Of a DNA stretch of 64,000 nucleotides, positions 49,549-63,200 are shown piece after piece. The notes beneath the pieces are model-generated. The model was given only the letters and a program-made list of their open reading frames with translations, had not been told where the DNA came from and searched no databases. The DNA comes from Tubulanus polymorphus (Eukaryota; Animalia; Nemertea): NCBI RefSeq assembly GCF_964204645.1, contig NC_134032.1, positions 12,636,275-12,700,274 of the forward strand. Direction: 5' to 3'. The stretch's first letter is position 1. Each line of letters starts with the position of its first letter. The translations under genes were made by a program, and so were the position numbers.

Positions 49549-52500
49549 TCTGGCAAATCGTAAAAACGGAACAACCCTTTTTGGTTTTTTTTAACAGCAG
49601 CTTTTTTATTCCCATGTAGAAATAAAGCGAACACATATCAATTATAGTATATAGTTACATAGTCATAATTCAAACACAGAATTTCTACTTAAAATTCCAC
49701 ACAGTTTTAAGACTAATCTCGGATCGGATACGCCATTAAGATTAGCTCCTGTTTATGGTGGCGCTGCTGGTTCAAACGAAATACAAATCAGTTTACATGT
49801 TTATGCAAGAGCTTACTCAAATCCCATTGTCGTTAAGCTAGATTGTATCAAATTACTCCATTACTCCATCCTTGCTTCATCTATTCTAAGACTAGTATCT
49901 AAGCGAAGGCTATTAGCTCAGCAGGTACGAATTTTATGATACACATTTTTTTTTACTCTTTCGCACCCATATTTGGTCATATTAAATTAGTTTTATAATA
50001 ATAGTATCAATAATCAACAATAGGTTATAATTATAATAATTGAATAATAAATTATGGTAATTTTATGACAAGCTTCGTTTTCAAAGAAAACAACAGGCCA
50101 CAAAAAGCCTTTGCAACAAACTTTTTACCGGATAGAATTTCAAAGCCCATTTTCAGGGAAAAAATGCCCCTCTCCTGTCGGGCAATTTTGAGGGCACCTT
50201 AAAAAGTAACGTGACAAATTAAGGCAATCATCATTCTTAACAATCTTAACTTATCATTTTTAATCGTGACAGCAGTTTTGAAATAATAATACATTTTCGG
50301 TTTTTCGTTATCAAATTCGAATATTTCCAATAAACGTGGCTACAAACATTAACTCTAGCCTGGATTTTATACACGAAGGTACTACGTATTCGTCACTCTA
50401 TGGGTTCCTAAATTACATTTACCCGATGTCTTTCTCGGTCGTTTCGACATTTAGAGGTCGTGCATATGACGTAATCAGTTTTTACAACGCCATATTGATG
50501 TCGTGCATGTGATGTAACCGTTATGGTCACTTGGTTGCTACAACCACCACGGAACCGGTTACATCATTTACATAAGATGAGGATGTAGAAACTACTGGGA
50601 TTTGTCACACGTAAACGTTCAAACAAAAATGGGGATGTAGAAACTTACTGGGATTCGTTATGTAAATGCGCTCGATCGCCAATATGGCGTCGTACAACCT
50701 CCCCCATTGCAGGCGACCTTGACACGTATTTGAAGTGTAAACAGCGCATTTCTTAAATCAACGAATTAACAACTAATCAAATAACAAACAAATCATTTCC
50801 TCGAATCCAGCACTAATTACATTTATCACTTAGGTAACGTGATAATGGAATTAGTTTTAGGCGGATGAATCCTATGTTAACGAAAGTGAACGCTATCATA
50901 TTCATATTGTTAACATGTTTAATGTCAATTTTGAATATCATGATAAATATTCAGTTGAATAGATTTGGGTAACATTTGGTTTTAATTAACGACATTGATT
51001 GATTTGAGCAACTTGTCTGTTAACCTGTGTGGGTGGGTGTTTGCATTTCTAGATAATGAGTACCACACCGGTTCATTCGGATAGGGGTCATTTCCGCGAG
51101 ATGTCGGTACGCCAGGTTGACGAAGAGCTATGAACAACGAAAGAATTTGTGAAACTACCCCTTAAAGTGACCACTACATCACGTTTAACCTACGACATCA
51201 ATTCTAGATATTTATATGCTATTCTATTAGGTACACCAACTTCACAATTACAACCTACGCCACCCATTGGTTTGCGAAGAACCATTAACATATGTTATAC
51301 GCGTGACCTTGATATGATGTATACAGTGAAATAAAATCAATAATACGGTTATAAAGACACTCGAATAACCAATGCAGATGCGAGTACTGAAAATGTCACA
51401 TGACCTCCCCAAGAACCGCAATGCCTTAGAAAATCGTTCCAAGAAATTTGGACAAAAATAAACGGAAAGGTTCAGAGGAATTTTGAAAGAAGTCAGAAAA
51501 AAGTGAGAAGTTAGTTACCAAAAGTTTTAGATAAAACCCCGCGCTAGGCGTTATAATAGGGTCCATTGCAGCATCGGGTTGCTCAATTTTAGGGCACCTC
51601 CTGTAGCAAGTGAGGCTCTCTAAAACTCTCCGAGGCTGCATTCACCTGTTAAACACTTCGTCTAAGGTTTCGAAACTAAAAAGTGACATAAAAAGAAAAC
51701 TATACCAAGAAAGAAAACTAGTGCACGTATCGTAAGTAATAATGTGCATTGACTTGAATTGACGAGACAATTGGTAGTAATAAAGTGAATTGTCTTTGAA
51801 TTGACGACGAGACATACTATCGATTTATGAAGTGAAAATCGATGTAAAGATAACATGGAAAATAACAGATAAACGTATGAATGTACAGATACAAAAAGAG
51901 AGATGGAAAAAACGGTAACAATTTTTCTGATTCTAATTTTTCTATATGAAAAATCACTTTTACGCTAAGCCTAATTATATAATCATACAGACCCTGGGCA
52001 TGCATCTGAATTTTTTGTTTTACAAACCTAAAAAAGAAGGTACAAAGAAATTTTATATCCGTCAAATCGCTACGTGATTCTACTAGGTTTTAGAGTTTGT
52101 TAACTACAAAATGCTTTCTTTTTAAAGTTTGAAAATGCATTTGATCTTTAAGTACGAAACACAGGAGTCAGTTCCTCAGTTGTGAGTTAGAGATTTGACT
52201 GCCGAGTTAAAAATACGTTCATTTTCAATCAATTAAATTGGTGAAGAGTAAAATTCTAACTCACAGAGGGTCCAGACATCGACACCACTGCTGGATCCAG
52301 TTTCGCAGTCGTGGAGTTAAAATAAAATTCTTATAAACACGAAAATACGGGGCCCGTTTTATAAACGAAATTCTCAAGAATACATTTAAAATACACATAC
52401 GAACGTAGCTCGAAATTGATTTGAGAATTTTGAAATCTGAAGTCAGTCTTACATCTGAGGAGGTGAAAACGTTCCAATTGTTACTACATGACTAATCACA

Positions 52501-54203
52501 ATTTCGATCAAAATATGAACGAAATGGAACAAAAATTCGGACATCTAAAAGACTAGACATTTAATGAAAACGTCTCCACCTCTTATTTTAACAGTCTCAA
52601 ATTGAGCAATGAATCTTAACATAGAAATAACGATGTAATTATACTACAAACGACAATGTAAAAATATTTTGAGATATTTGGAAAAATATTCTAACAAATC
52701 TTTATGTAATTTCTACGTATTTTCGACGATCGCACAGCGTCAATTTTTGTCATAACATCATGATATTTTTTATACAAAGTCAACTGTCACCAATGAACAC
52801 TATGTGGCCACTGGTTACTTAGACTTCGTCTTTTGGCAAAAGAAGAGATACCCAGGACTCAGTTCCACAGTTGCGTGTGAGAATTCAAATTTTCTATTCA
52901 ACTGTATCATTTCAATACAAAATATTGGAGTCGAAATTCTAAGAACTTACAAGGATGGCACCAGTCCTGGGCTCAATTCTACCGCTGCGGGAAATAGCAT
53001 TAAAGAAGCAAATATAGAATCACAGTCAACCCCGATATATCATGACAGACTTTGGGATCGAAACACCTGCATTTAGTGTTGGAAATTGCCAAAATGATTC
53101 CCTATATATCGCCATATACTCTCCTACATCACCGATGTGGGCGGTATACTGAGGTTTGACGTAATTCATTTTTTATTTGTTTACCTCAATTCGATTTTGT
53201 TTTTCAGCCAACAAAGCCCTCAAATAGCAAGCAAATTGCTCTTTAATCATTACCGCGGTTATTTTCAGTTCATTCAATCTGAAAAGTTTACGTCATCGAA
53301 AAACGTGACATTCATTAGAAACCGAAACCAACAAATCGAGGCCCGGTTTCAAGAGGAGTAAAATTACACCGACAAACCGAGCTGAACCGAAACAGCCCGA
53401 GGGATTATAATTCTTAATGTCAGCTTCTTTTTAGTGATTTAAATGTCATTGCGGTAGCTGAGCGCAGATGAGTCAACGTGAATTATGGATACAATGTGGC
53501 CGAAGATTCTCAGAAAGTGAAGCGAGCTTTAACCTTTAGAATCTGTGAAGTTAATGAATTTTTAATAAATTCTAATTCGACTCAGGATCAAATTTGCACA
53601 GTCGAGACTTAAATCCTTAAATAGCCTTAAAACTCGTAAGACTAGTCCATGAAACCGGGCCCCATTCGTACGTATTGAACGCTCGTGAAACAAAAATCAA
53701 AAAATATCTTCTCAAAAAAGAAAATTCGAACAAGTTAAAAGATACATCAACTGTTTGATTTATTTTCGCCGAAGTTTTGTCATAGTAAACTGATTAATCG
53801 TTTTTGCAGCTTTTTCAAAAGCGAGGGTTATAAGCGATACAAGCCTTGATCACTCGTAGCGCCATACGAAAATAAACTGATTTTTATTTTGTATAAATTA
53901 CTGTTTTTTTAAACTTTTTCATCGAATGAAGCGCAAAAATGCGATGAATTTCTTATTTTCATAATGAGTATTTTTACAACGATAACGAAAAACAAAATTA
54001 CGAAAGCTTTTCTCTTTCTGGAAATTTGTCTTCACAATGCCGCAGCATTATTTTGTTCGTTGCGTACAAATATTCATTCCACCCCGAATTTCTTTCAAAT
54101 TTCATCCTTTTTTTTATACGAAAAAAACTAGCAAGATTACATAGACAAAACGAGGACAGACGGACAGACACATGTATAGCGATGTTTTTGATGATGAAAG
54201 TTT

Positions 54204-57200
54204 TTAAAGAATTTCGCAGCTCTTACTGGGAGGTTTAGTCGTTTTTTCCGTTTCTAAGATCGCTTTGACGCCTGCCGCCATCTCGCGGACGGCGTCGATT
54301 TCAGACAGTCCCAGGCGGCGCTTGTTGGATAGATCGTAGACTCCGCCCACACTTTCGGTGTGTTCACCGTGAATTCCTAAAAGAAATCAACAGCAGGAAT
54401 GAATGAAATGGACAACATTTATGCGTATCCGAAGTTTGGGCGCTACTCTGGAACCAGCAAGAACTCTAACCCGTGAACCCTGGATCGGTGAGGCTATACA
54501 GGGCCATACAACAATAAGCACTTACATTTCTTATAGCTTTCTTATAGTTTAGTGAGGCTTATGTGTATTATGGGCGAAATGGCCACAACGGTTCCGAGAC
54601 ACGATCCAAAAAGAAATATTTTATACTATGTAATTTGATGTCGTGGGTTCTATCATGGCAGCATCCATATTTCTAGAAGAGTCTATAGATAAAATCACAA
54701 GGAATTTGATCATGTCATGATGGGATTTATGGAGGGAGCACACCCATCCATTCTGAAACGGTCAAGAGTATCTGAAATGCTTTCTTATTCGATGATATCA
54801 TAGGGAGATTTCGTCGAAGCGGCTATATGGTCTTACTATGATGAACGTGCATTCTAAATTCTCGATGGTTTAAACATACAAACCTCTAGCTTGGATGTGG
54901 TGTTGCTCGCAAAGTGGTTTGAATTCCTTGCTAGCAGCTGCCAAGTTTGGAACTTTAGCGTGTACGCTGGCGCGCAGGGTCGTGCCAAGATTCGTCGGAC
55001 AGAAAGTCAAATATCCTAACTTATCGGCCTTAGCGAATGTAAGCGTCTTTTCTAAATGATGAATCGCCTGAAATATAGATATGATTTTTGTCATTAGTAT
55101 TAACATACGATTCCCACGCGCAAACATGCGATACAGTAGACTCCAACCAGATTCCAATTTCACCAACTCTAACTCTGAAATTCACTTCGACAGAACTTTT
55201 TTTCCCACTTTTTCTTACCCTCACGAGACGCTTGTAAACCTCGGCGAGGTTTCCTCCTTTCTGCATGGATATGATTCTCATGTGATCCTCTTCGTTGCAC
55301 CAAACCAAAAACGTTTTGGCCTCGTTGAAAAAGATTCCTCGACCAGACGGCCAATCTCTGTATCCACCCGCTGACCTCAAAAACCTTAATTATAGTTGAT
55401 GGACAAATTCAGTTTAATTATTGGGCTTAATTAAACAACTAGTAAGATATTTTGAAGAAATATTTTACCTATCATGATCGTTGAATAAGAAATGATCTTC
55501 GACCAGTTTATCTTGCGTTTCCTTGTCCATTCCTTCCAACGAATGGTACGTTCCCTTCAAATCGTCTGTCAACGACTCGAGAGCGGCCTTCACCTTCGAT
55601 TCAATTTCCAGACGTTGCTGAAAAAATAACGAATCGGGAAAGTCATTAAACGAAGAAAACAATGAAACAAAGTGTCTGTCACGTTCCACTTTTATGGGAT
55701 TCGAATCCGATCAATGTATGGAACCAATCAGGTTCCTATACACCCGATGATTTTTCTTTTAGATTTGACGAGATATGTTATTTTTAGTTCCACTCGTCAG
55801 AAAGTTATTAAGAATTTCTTGAAGAATCTTATAAAATGTTTGCCATTATCTTATTTTACCTCGGTAGTTATACACGGAGGGAAGGGGTAGCCCTCTAATG
55901 AGCGACCGACTCGAACTCGAGTCGAAACCACCTGCGAATTATCCGGGTCCAAATCATCGAATCCCAACTCGTCCAAATTTCCCAGATCGGGTGTAGGATG
56001 GCTGATTTCTCCCTCGACTTTGTGGTAGTCTTTGATGACAGGATTGAAAATGTCTTCGAATGTCGAATAGGCCTCCGGGTCACAGGCGTAGATTCCTACT
56101 GAGCTTTCCGGATTCTCAACGCCTGCAATCAAACGTAAACACGTTTTTTTTCACGGTAACAAGAGGGCTCTGTATTAAAAATAACAAACACGTTTTCAGT
56201 GTTTATTCATTGAAATATGAACCGAGAATGGGCTTCATTTAATCAGTAATGAATGTGCACATATTACCTGGTTCCATAGTCATGGCTTAGACTCAAGACC
56301 AATTTAAGACCATCTTAGTTCTATAGCCAATCTAACAACTTAAGACCAGTCTTAGAATTTAAGACAATTTTTGGACTTAAGTCTCAACTGAGGAACCGGG
56401 CCCAGGGGCCGGTTCCATAGTCGAGACTTAAGTCCAAAAGTGATCTTAAATCTTAAGACTGGTCTTAAGCTGTTAGATTAGCTATATAACTAAAATAGTC
56501 TTAGACTAGTCTTAAGTCTAAGCCATGACTATGGAACCGGCCCCAGAATGGGTAAGATCCTCAGTTACACATCAAACATTTTTGTTTAAAGTATTCTGTT
56601 ATACCAAGGGGTAAGACCTTCGGTAACGCATTTCAAAATTTCCGTTCAAGATAATCAGCTTTCAAGAGGGTAAGACCTTCACTCAGTTACACGTTTAGTA
56701 TTGCGGTACACAACAAACCGATCAAATCAGTATTTCTCAAGTCAAAACACTAACTAGTAAATACCGATAGTTTGAATGATTTGTGGAGCAGCTCAGTGAC
56801 AATAACAATGCCTGGTTATTATACGTTGCAGTTAAAGTCGATGTGGGTATCAAATATCAAGTTTTGTTTGCCTCACCAGATTTGATGGAATCATACAGCG
56901 TTCCTCCCAATGACGTCTTCACTTCGTCGTACTTCTCAACAACTTCCGGCGTCAGATGTTTCTTCAACAGCGAGTGACACTTTTTATTAGCTTGCAGTTT
57001 CTTCTGAGCTTGTTTCAATTCGGATCCCATCTCTTTCTCCAGTTTGATGATTTCGGCCAGACCTTCGGCCATCTCCTTGACGGCGTCGATTTCGGTGAGA
57101 CCCAGTCGTCGCTTGTTGCTGATGTCGAAAACTCCGCCGACGCTTTCCGTGTGTTCGCCGTGGATACCTGGACATGTATCAAAGGTGAGCACAAACATGA

Positions 57201-60200
57201 GGGAACATTGAAACAGAAGAATTTGTTGGAATTAAACTCCCAAGTAATAGAACCGCGATCTTATTGAGACGATCTGGCCCGGTCCAAACTCCCCCGTTCC
57301 AGGCCAAATATAGATTTGGCCAGCGCTTATAATTAGAAAGTGCGTTCACTCGTAAATCACTCACTCGTTAGTGAAATGCTATCAAAACCTGATCCTGATC
57401 CACGGGCCTGATCCGACGTTTTTGGTTGGGCCAAAGTCAACCGAGGCGAAACAGGCATGGATCGATTTGGTACCGGTGTGAGCGGTTGGCTCGGGCCAAA
57501 AACGTTCGAGTGATCGCTGCTTAGGGAACTCTTTCATCGGTCTCCTCAAACAAGGGTTTGTGGGTACGAATCCGTTAATGTAAAGGACAAGAGCAAATTA
57601 ACAAGGACAATCCACATTTCTTATCGAATTCACTTGACACTTTTCAAGAAATCCTATAGGAATTTACGATAAGAGTTTTATTTCTAAGTGTGAGACGTTA
57701 CCTCTGGCTTGTAGATTATACTTGGCGCAGATATCTTTGAAATCCGATCGGGCGCTCACTCCGGGAATGCGCACGTGTACGCTTGCGCGGAGTGACGTGC
57801 CCAGGTTGGTCGGGCAGAACGTCAAATAACCCAGATTATCGCTGTGAGCAAATGTTAGTTCTTTGTCCAACTTTTGGACAGCCTGGAAAATAAAATTCGA
57901 CGAAGATTTTAGAATTAATTGTGCGAAAAGGGGGTAATAATCTTCGTGTAGAATTGAAGATAACAAAACAAAATCTTTCATTGGCAATTAAGCCAGTTAA
58001 AGCTTTGCCCATTGGGCTGATTTTATGGATCTGGACCCAGTTCCACAGTCCTCTGAGTCAAGATCTGACCGAATAGTTAAGATTTACCCACTGAAAATGA
58101 ACTTGTTTTAACTGAGAGTTATATCTACTCGCAACTGTGGAATCAAATCAAGTTTGTGTCTATTAAGCCAGGGATGAAAGTTAGAAGAAAATTGTCCACA
58201 AAATTCGTTTGATTTAACAAGTCATTTAATAGTTTTCTTTTTAAATATCTGTCCCTGGTGCTCAGCTAAAGTGGGTATTGATTAAGACTTACAGTCGCGA
58301 ATCGCTTGTAAACCTCGGCGAGGTTTCCTCCTTTCTGCATGGATATGATTCTCATGTGATCCTCTTCGTTGCACCAAACCAAGAAAGTTTTAGCGTCGTT
58401 ATGGTAGATACCTCTGCCCATTGGCCAGTTCCTGTAACCGCCAGCCGATCGCAAAAACCTGCAATAAGAGATACAACAAATGCGCATATAGTTTGTAAAT
58501 TCCCCCATACACAACCCCATCCCAAAGTCCCAGTTGTGATTGTGATAAGTATCATAGCCTAAGATGTTAGCTTCAAACAGGTTCTTCCAGGACCTTGCCT
58601 GAGACATGTGGCGTGAGAAACAAAACATGGCTCGACGCTACGAATAATTTGAAGACTATTGAACTGACGATTCTGCGCACGTCCCCGTTAAAACACAACT
58701 GATTTTGAGCATCTATGAACTTGGTTTGAAAAATATTCACATCGATACAAACTGTGACCAAAGAGTGACGACTTTCAGACACTCTTAGATTCACTTAAAA
58801 AGTGGCTGAATCATAACAGATGCTTATGGCGAATTCATAGATAGATTTGCATCAATTGATATTGAAACACAAGCTTCATTTCTTCCAAATCGTACCTGTC
58901 GTGATCGTTGAAAAGGAAATGATCTTCGGTAAGTTGTTTCTGCTGTTCTGGTGTCATCGCGTTCAGAGGGAAGTACGTGCCCTTCAGCTCATCCTCCAGA
59001 TTATTCAATGCGCCCGTGATTTTCCCTTCCAACTCAGCCAAATTCTGTAAAATGATTTATCACAAAAAGTTTTTACCTTCAGCATTGGGAAACCGAGAAC
59101 TGTTGAATCTCTAAATTGCGCGAAGATGTTTACCCATTCTATTCGTGGTGTTCCTCAAAATAATAACTTACCTCCTTTGGAATAACAGGCGGAAAAGCGT
59201 AACCGGTTATACTCCTTCCGCAGCGGACTCGAGTCGAGATGACGAACTTTCCTTCCGGATCGACGTCGCCGAACGGCAGATTTTCCAAATCGCCGAAATC
59301 GGCTTTCGGGTGGGTCAGTTCGCCGTGAACTTTGTGGTAGTCTTTGATTACCGGGTCGAACATTTCCGGGAAGGTGGCGTAGGCCTCCGGGTCACAGGCG
59401 TAGATTCCTACTGAGCTGTCCGGGTTCTCAACGCCTACAACGAGATATGGCAAACATTTTCTTTGAAATATGATGATGGCAAAATACGATGAATTCTATG
59501 ATTGTTGGGTCTACTGTTCAAGGCCCAAATACTAGGTCTTACATCTTAAGACTGGTTGTTAGAGCGGTCATGGAACCAAAATGCGCGTGGATGGTAAATT
59601 TGGTCCGCGTTAAGCGAAGACCCGAGTCAAGGATCCGAAAATATGTAAGGATATCAGAAACCGATTTCGTTTCTGAACGAGTAAGTCATAAGTTCGAGTG
59701 TGTCTGAGCTAGGCGAGATTTACTGTAGAAAATGAGGCAAATATTCAAAGAGAATATCAACTGACCAGATCGAATGCATGCCGCTAGAGTTCCGTTCAAC
59801 GAGGTTTTCGTGTCCTTGTATTTCGTCGGGTTGTTCTTCAAGTATTTCTTCATCAACGATTTACAATCTTTCACCGCCGAGATTTTCTTCGCCATGTATT
59901 CGACGTCGTCTCTGAGCGCTTTCTCCATCTCGATTAGTTTCACGACGCCTTCGGCCATCTCTTTGACGGCGTCGATTTCGGTGAGACCCAGTCGCCGCTT
60001 GTTGCTGATGTCGTAAACTCCACCGACGCTTTCCGTATGTTCGCCGTGGATACCTGAATCGAAGCAGACGACAGTTAAGACCAAACATTGTTTTTCAAAA
60101 ATGGCCCAGATTACACATAGAAATCTGTAAAAAGGCAGCGGCGAATTTTAATGAATATGATTTCATATCCTACGCAGGATCCAGTTCAAAGTTGTGAGTT

Positions 60201-63200
60201 ATATACAATTACTTCATTTCCAATGAGAACTGTGGAACTGGCTCCGTTTCAACAGTCGAGAAGCTAATTATGGCTTAGTGTTTAAGAGAGAAATAAAAAT
60301 CAAGTAATAAAATGGCAATGGGTTTAGTTAGAACCTGGCTAAAGGTCTAAAATTTGTTAGAAAAGTGTCGTAAAGGAGCCGTGACTTGTGTAGAATAGAT
60401 ACGAGACGAGAGGTTAACTAATTCTATTTGATGCACGATGTTTCGCTACTAGTATATAGTATTCACCTGATGATACTAGTATATTAGTATCATCAGGTGA
60501 ATGAGTGTCACCTGATGATGCTGCTATACATTAGTGGCGAAAGCTCGTGCATCAAATAAAATAGTTAACCATTACAGCACTCTCGTTGAGTACAGTGTAA
60601 AAGTGCATATCGAAAAAATGCACTTATTTTCAATATGAATTCTCAACCGTTCGCTCTAGTCAGTGATGTATGTTAAGACTTACCTCTCGGTTGTAGGTTC
60701 ATTTTTTCACAGGTTTCCTTGAAGTCCGGTTTCGATGCCAACAGCGGCAGTCTGACGTGTACACTGGCGCGCAGGGTCGTTCCAAGATTCGTCGGGCAGA
60801 ACGTCAAATATCCGTACTTATCGTGATGGGCAAACTTCATGTTGGTTTCCAATGATCGGATACCCTGAAAAAGACGTCGAATTAAACCCGAACGAATGTG
60901 AGTGCAGAGTCATATCAAACCCACACAACAGCTGTGGAATTGGCTTCCGAATCAAATTAAACCCAGACAACTGTGGAACTTGGTCCAAAGCAAACTTAAA
61001 CCAATGCATTTTCTTTCAAACTAACCTTCACTAGTCGGTTGTAAACCTCGGCGAGGTTTCCACCTTGTTGCATGGATATGATTCTCATGTGATCCTCTTC
61101 GTTGCACCAAACCAAAAACGTTTTATCGGAGTTATGGAAAATACCTCGACCAGACGGCCAATCTCTGTATCCGCCTGCTGACCTCAAAAACCTAGACGAA
61201 TATTTAATCTCCAATATAATATCCAATATCTGTTTTAAAGTTACGCGGACGTGCAAAGGCAATTTTAAGACGTCAAAGGTGAAAGATCGAATCAACGACT
61301 ATAATTCGACTATGTCATTGGGGGATTTCGCGAAGGCACCTACCGATCATGGTCGTTGAATAGGAAGTGATCGTCGGTGAGTTTCTGTTGGGTGTCTTTA
61401 TCCATTCCAGTCAGTGGGTAATAGGTACCGGCTAACTCGGGAGGCAAATCTTCCAACGTCTTCTTCAGATTGTCTTCAATCGACAGACGTTCCTACGGGA
61501 TAAGCACAGAATTGATATGAAGTATGGACTTAAAGGAATATAGGAGCTAAGATAACAAAGGAGCCAGTAGTTGAAATGGCAAGGAAGCATTCAGGTAAAA
61601 TTGTGATGTTATTCAAATATTCCAACTTTATCAAAGTATTCCAACTTTATCTTCATTCTAAAAACTAGGGTCAAACCTATCTTTTTTCTCAGTCCAATTT
61701 TTCCCTACCCTATTACAAAGTAGGGCTGATACCTGAGGCGTGGACTCGGAAACGGTAAGCATACAGTCAGGTAATTAGAGGTAATTCCCGCCTGAAAACA
61801 CGATCGACTGAATATGTTATTAACGGGCGGTGTGTAATTCAAACCTGCAGTTATTTAGTCGAGTATATGATCAAGGTGTGAGCAAGTACTATATACGAAT
61901 AGGTTGATGATTAACAGATGTGATCAGATCGTCTGTTTTACGATCAGCAGCCGGTTTGCCGACGCCAGATACTACGCGAAGGGCAGCTATTGAATCGGAT
62001 TTGAAAAGCTCCAAAAGCGTCCTATTTCATCATATTTCTTTAAATGATTATTTCTTTTAATTAACAGTTTTACTTAACAATAGGTTTTATTATGAGCAAT
62101 CGAGGATTCCACTTGAGGCATGCGACGATCCACCAGGTGTCGCTAGTGTGCAGTAGGACATCGACCGCTGTGGTAATCAACTTGATTCCACTCGAGGCAA
62201 GTGAGGATCCACCAGGTGGATAGCGTGCGATAGGGTTAGTTGATAAATCAAACTCCAAAATCCTCCTGTTTGTTAGTTATTTAATTCCAAATGATTGAAA
62301 TGGTTAATTTTTTTTCAAATCAAATTCGAGTTTCTATTTCAACAATATGATTTTTTGCTTCAATTTCCTATGAATCCAACTATAATTTCAAACGAAGAAT
62401 CGACAAAAAATTACTAAGTGCATTGCCTGTACCAACCTCGCTGCTAATCATAGGCGGATAAGGCAACTGGTCGATGCTGCGTCCAACTCGGACCCGCGTC
62501 GAGACCACGTACTCATTATCGGGGTCAAGGTCGCCGAACGGTAAGTTATCGATGTCTCCGAAATCCGGGGCCGGGTGACTGATCTCATCTGCTTCGACTT
62601 TGTGATAGTCCTTGATGACGCGTTGGAACAGATCACCGAACGTATCGTAACATTCGGCATCGGCGGCGTATATACCGGTACCGGAATCCAGATTCTCAAC
62701 ACCTTAAAAGATATGATTGAAAATCGTAATTGAAAATGTTTTTATTATTCCATACATGAAACAAGTCTCTGTATCTGCTTGAGGGGTTCACGCAACGGGA
62801 GAATAAGGCAGGGTTTGACACGTAGGTCAGTTTAGATATAGCTATTCCGGATTACACCCTTTTACCGGTCGCTTCTATCAGGTTTGATGCTATTCCGGAA
62901 TAGGTAGTGTAGTGGTCGAAACGAATGCCTCTCCCCCGTCACGCAACTCGCAAGCACCCTTGTCTGGTCGTTCGGGAGCGACACATTTGGATGGGGAAAT
63001 TTTATCTTCATTCACCTATCAGTTATACATGCACATTCGAATTTCAAATATTCAATGCCAAGTTTTGATTTAAAGTTATTTAATTTTCGACGAGATCAAT
63101 TTCAGTGACTGAAATCATAGAACTATGCTGAAATACAACTTACATGATTTGATGCAATGCTGTAAGGTGGCGCCACTGGCCGTTTTCGTATCCTTGTACT

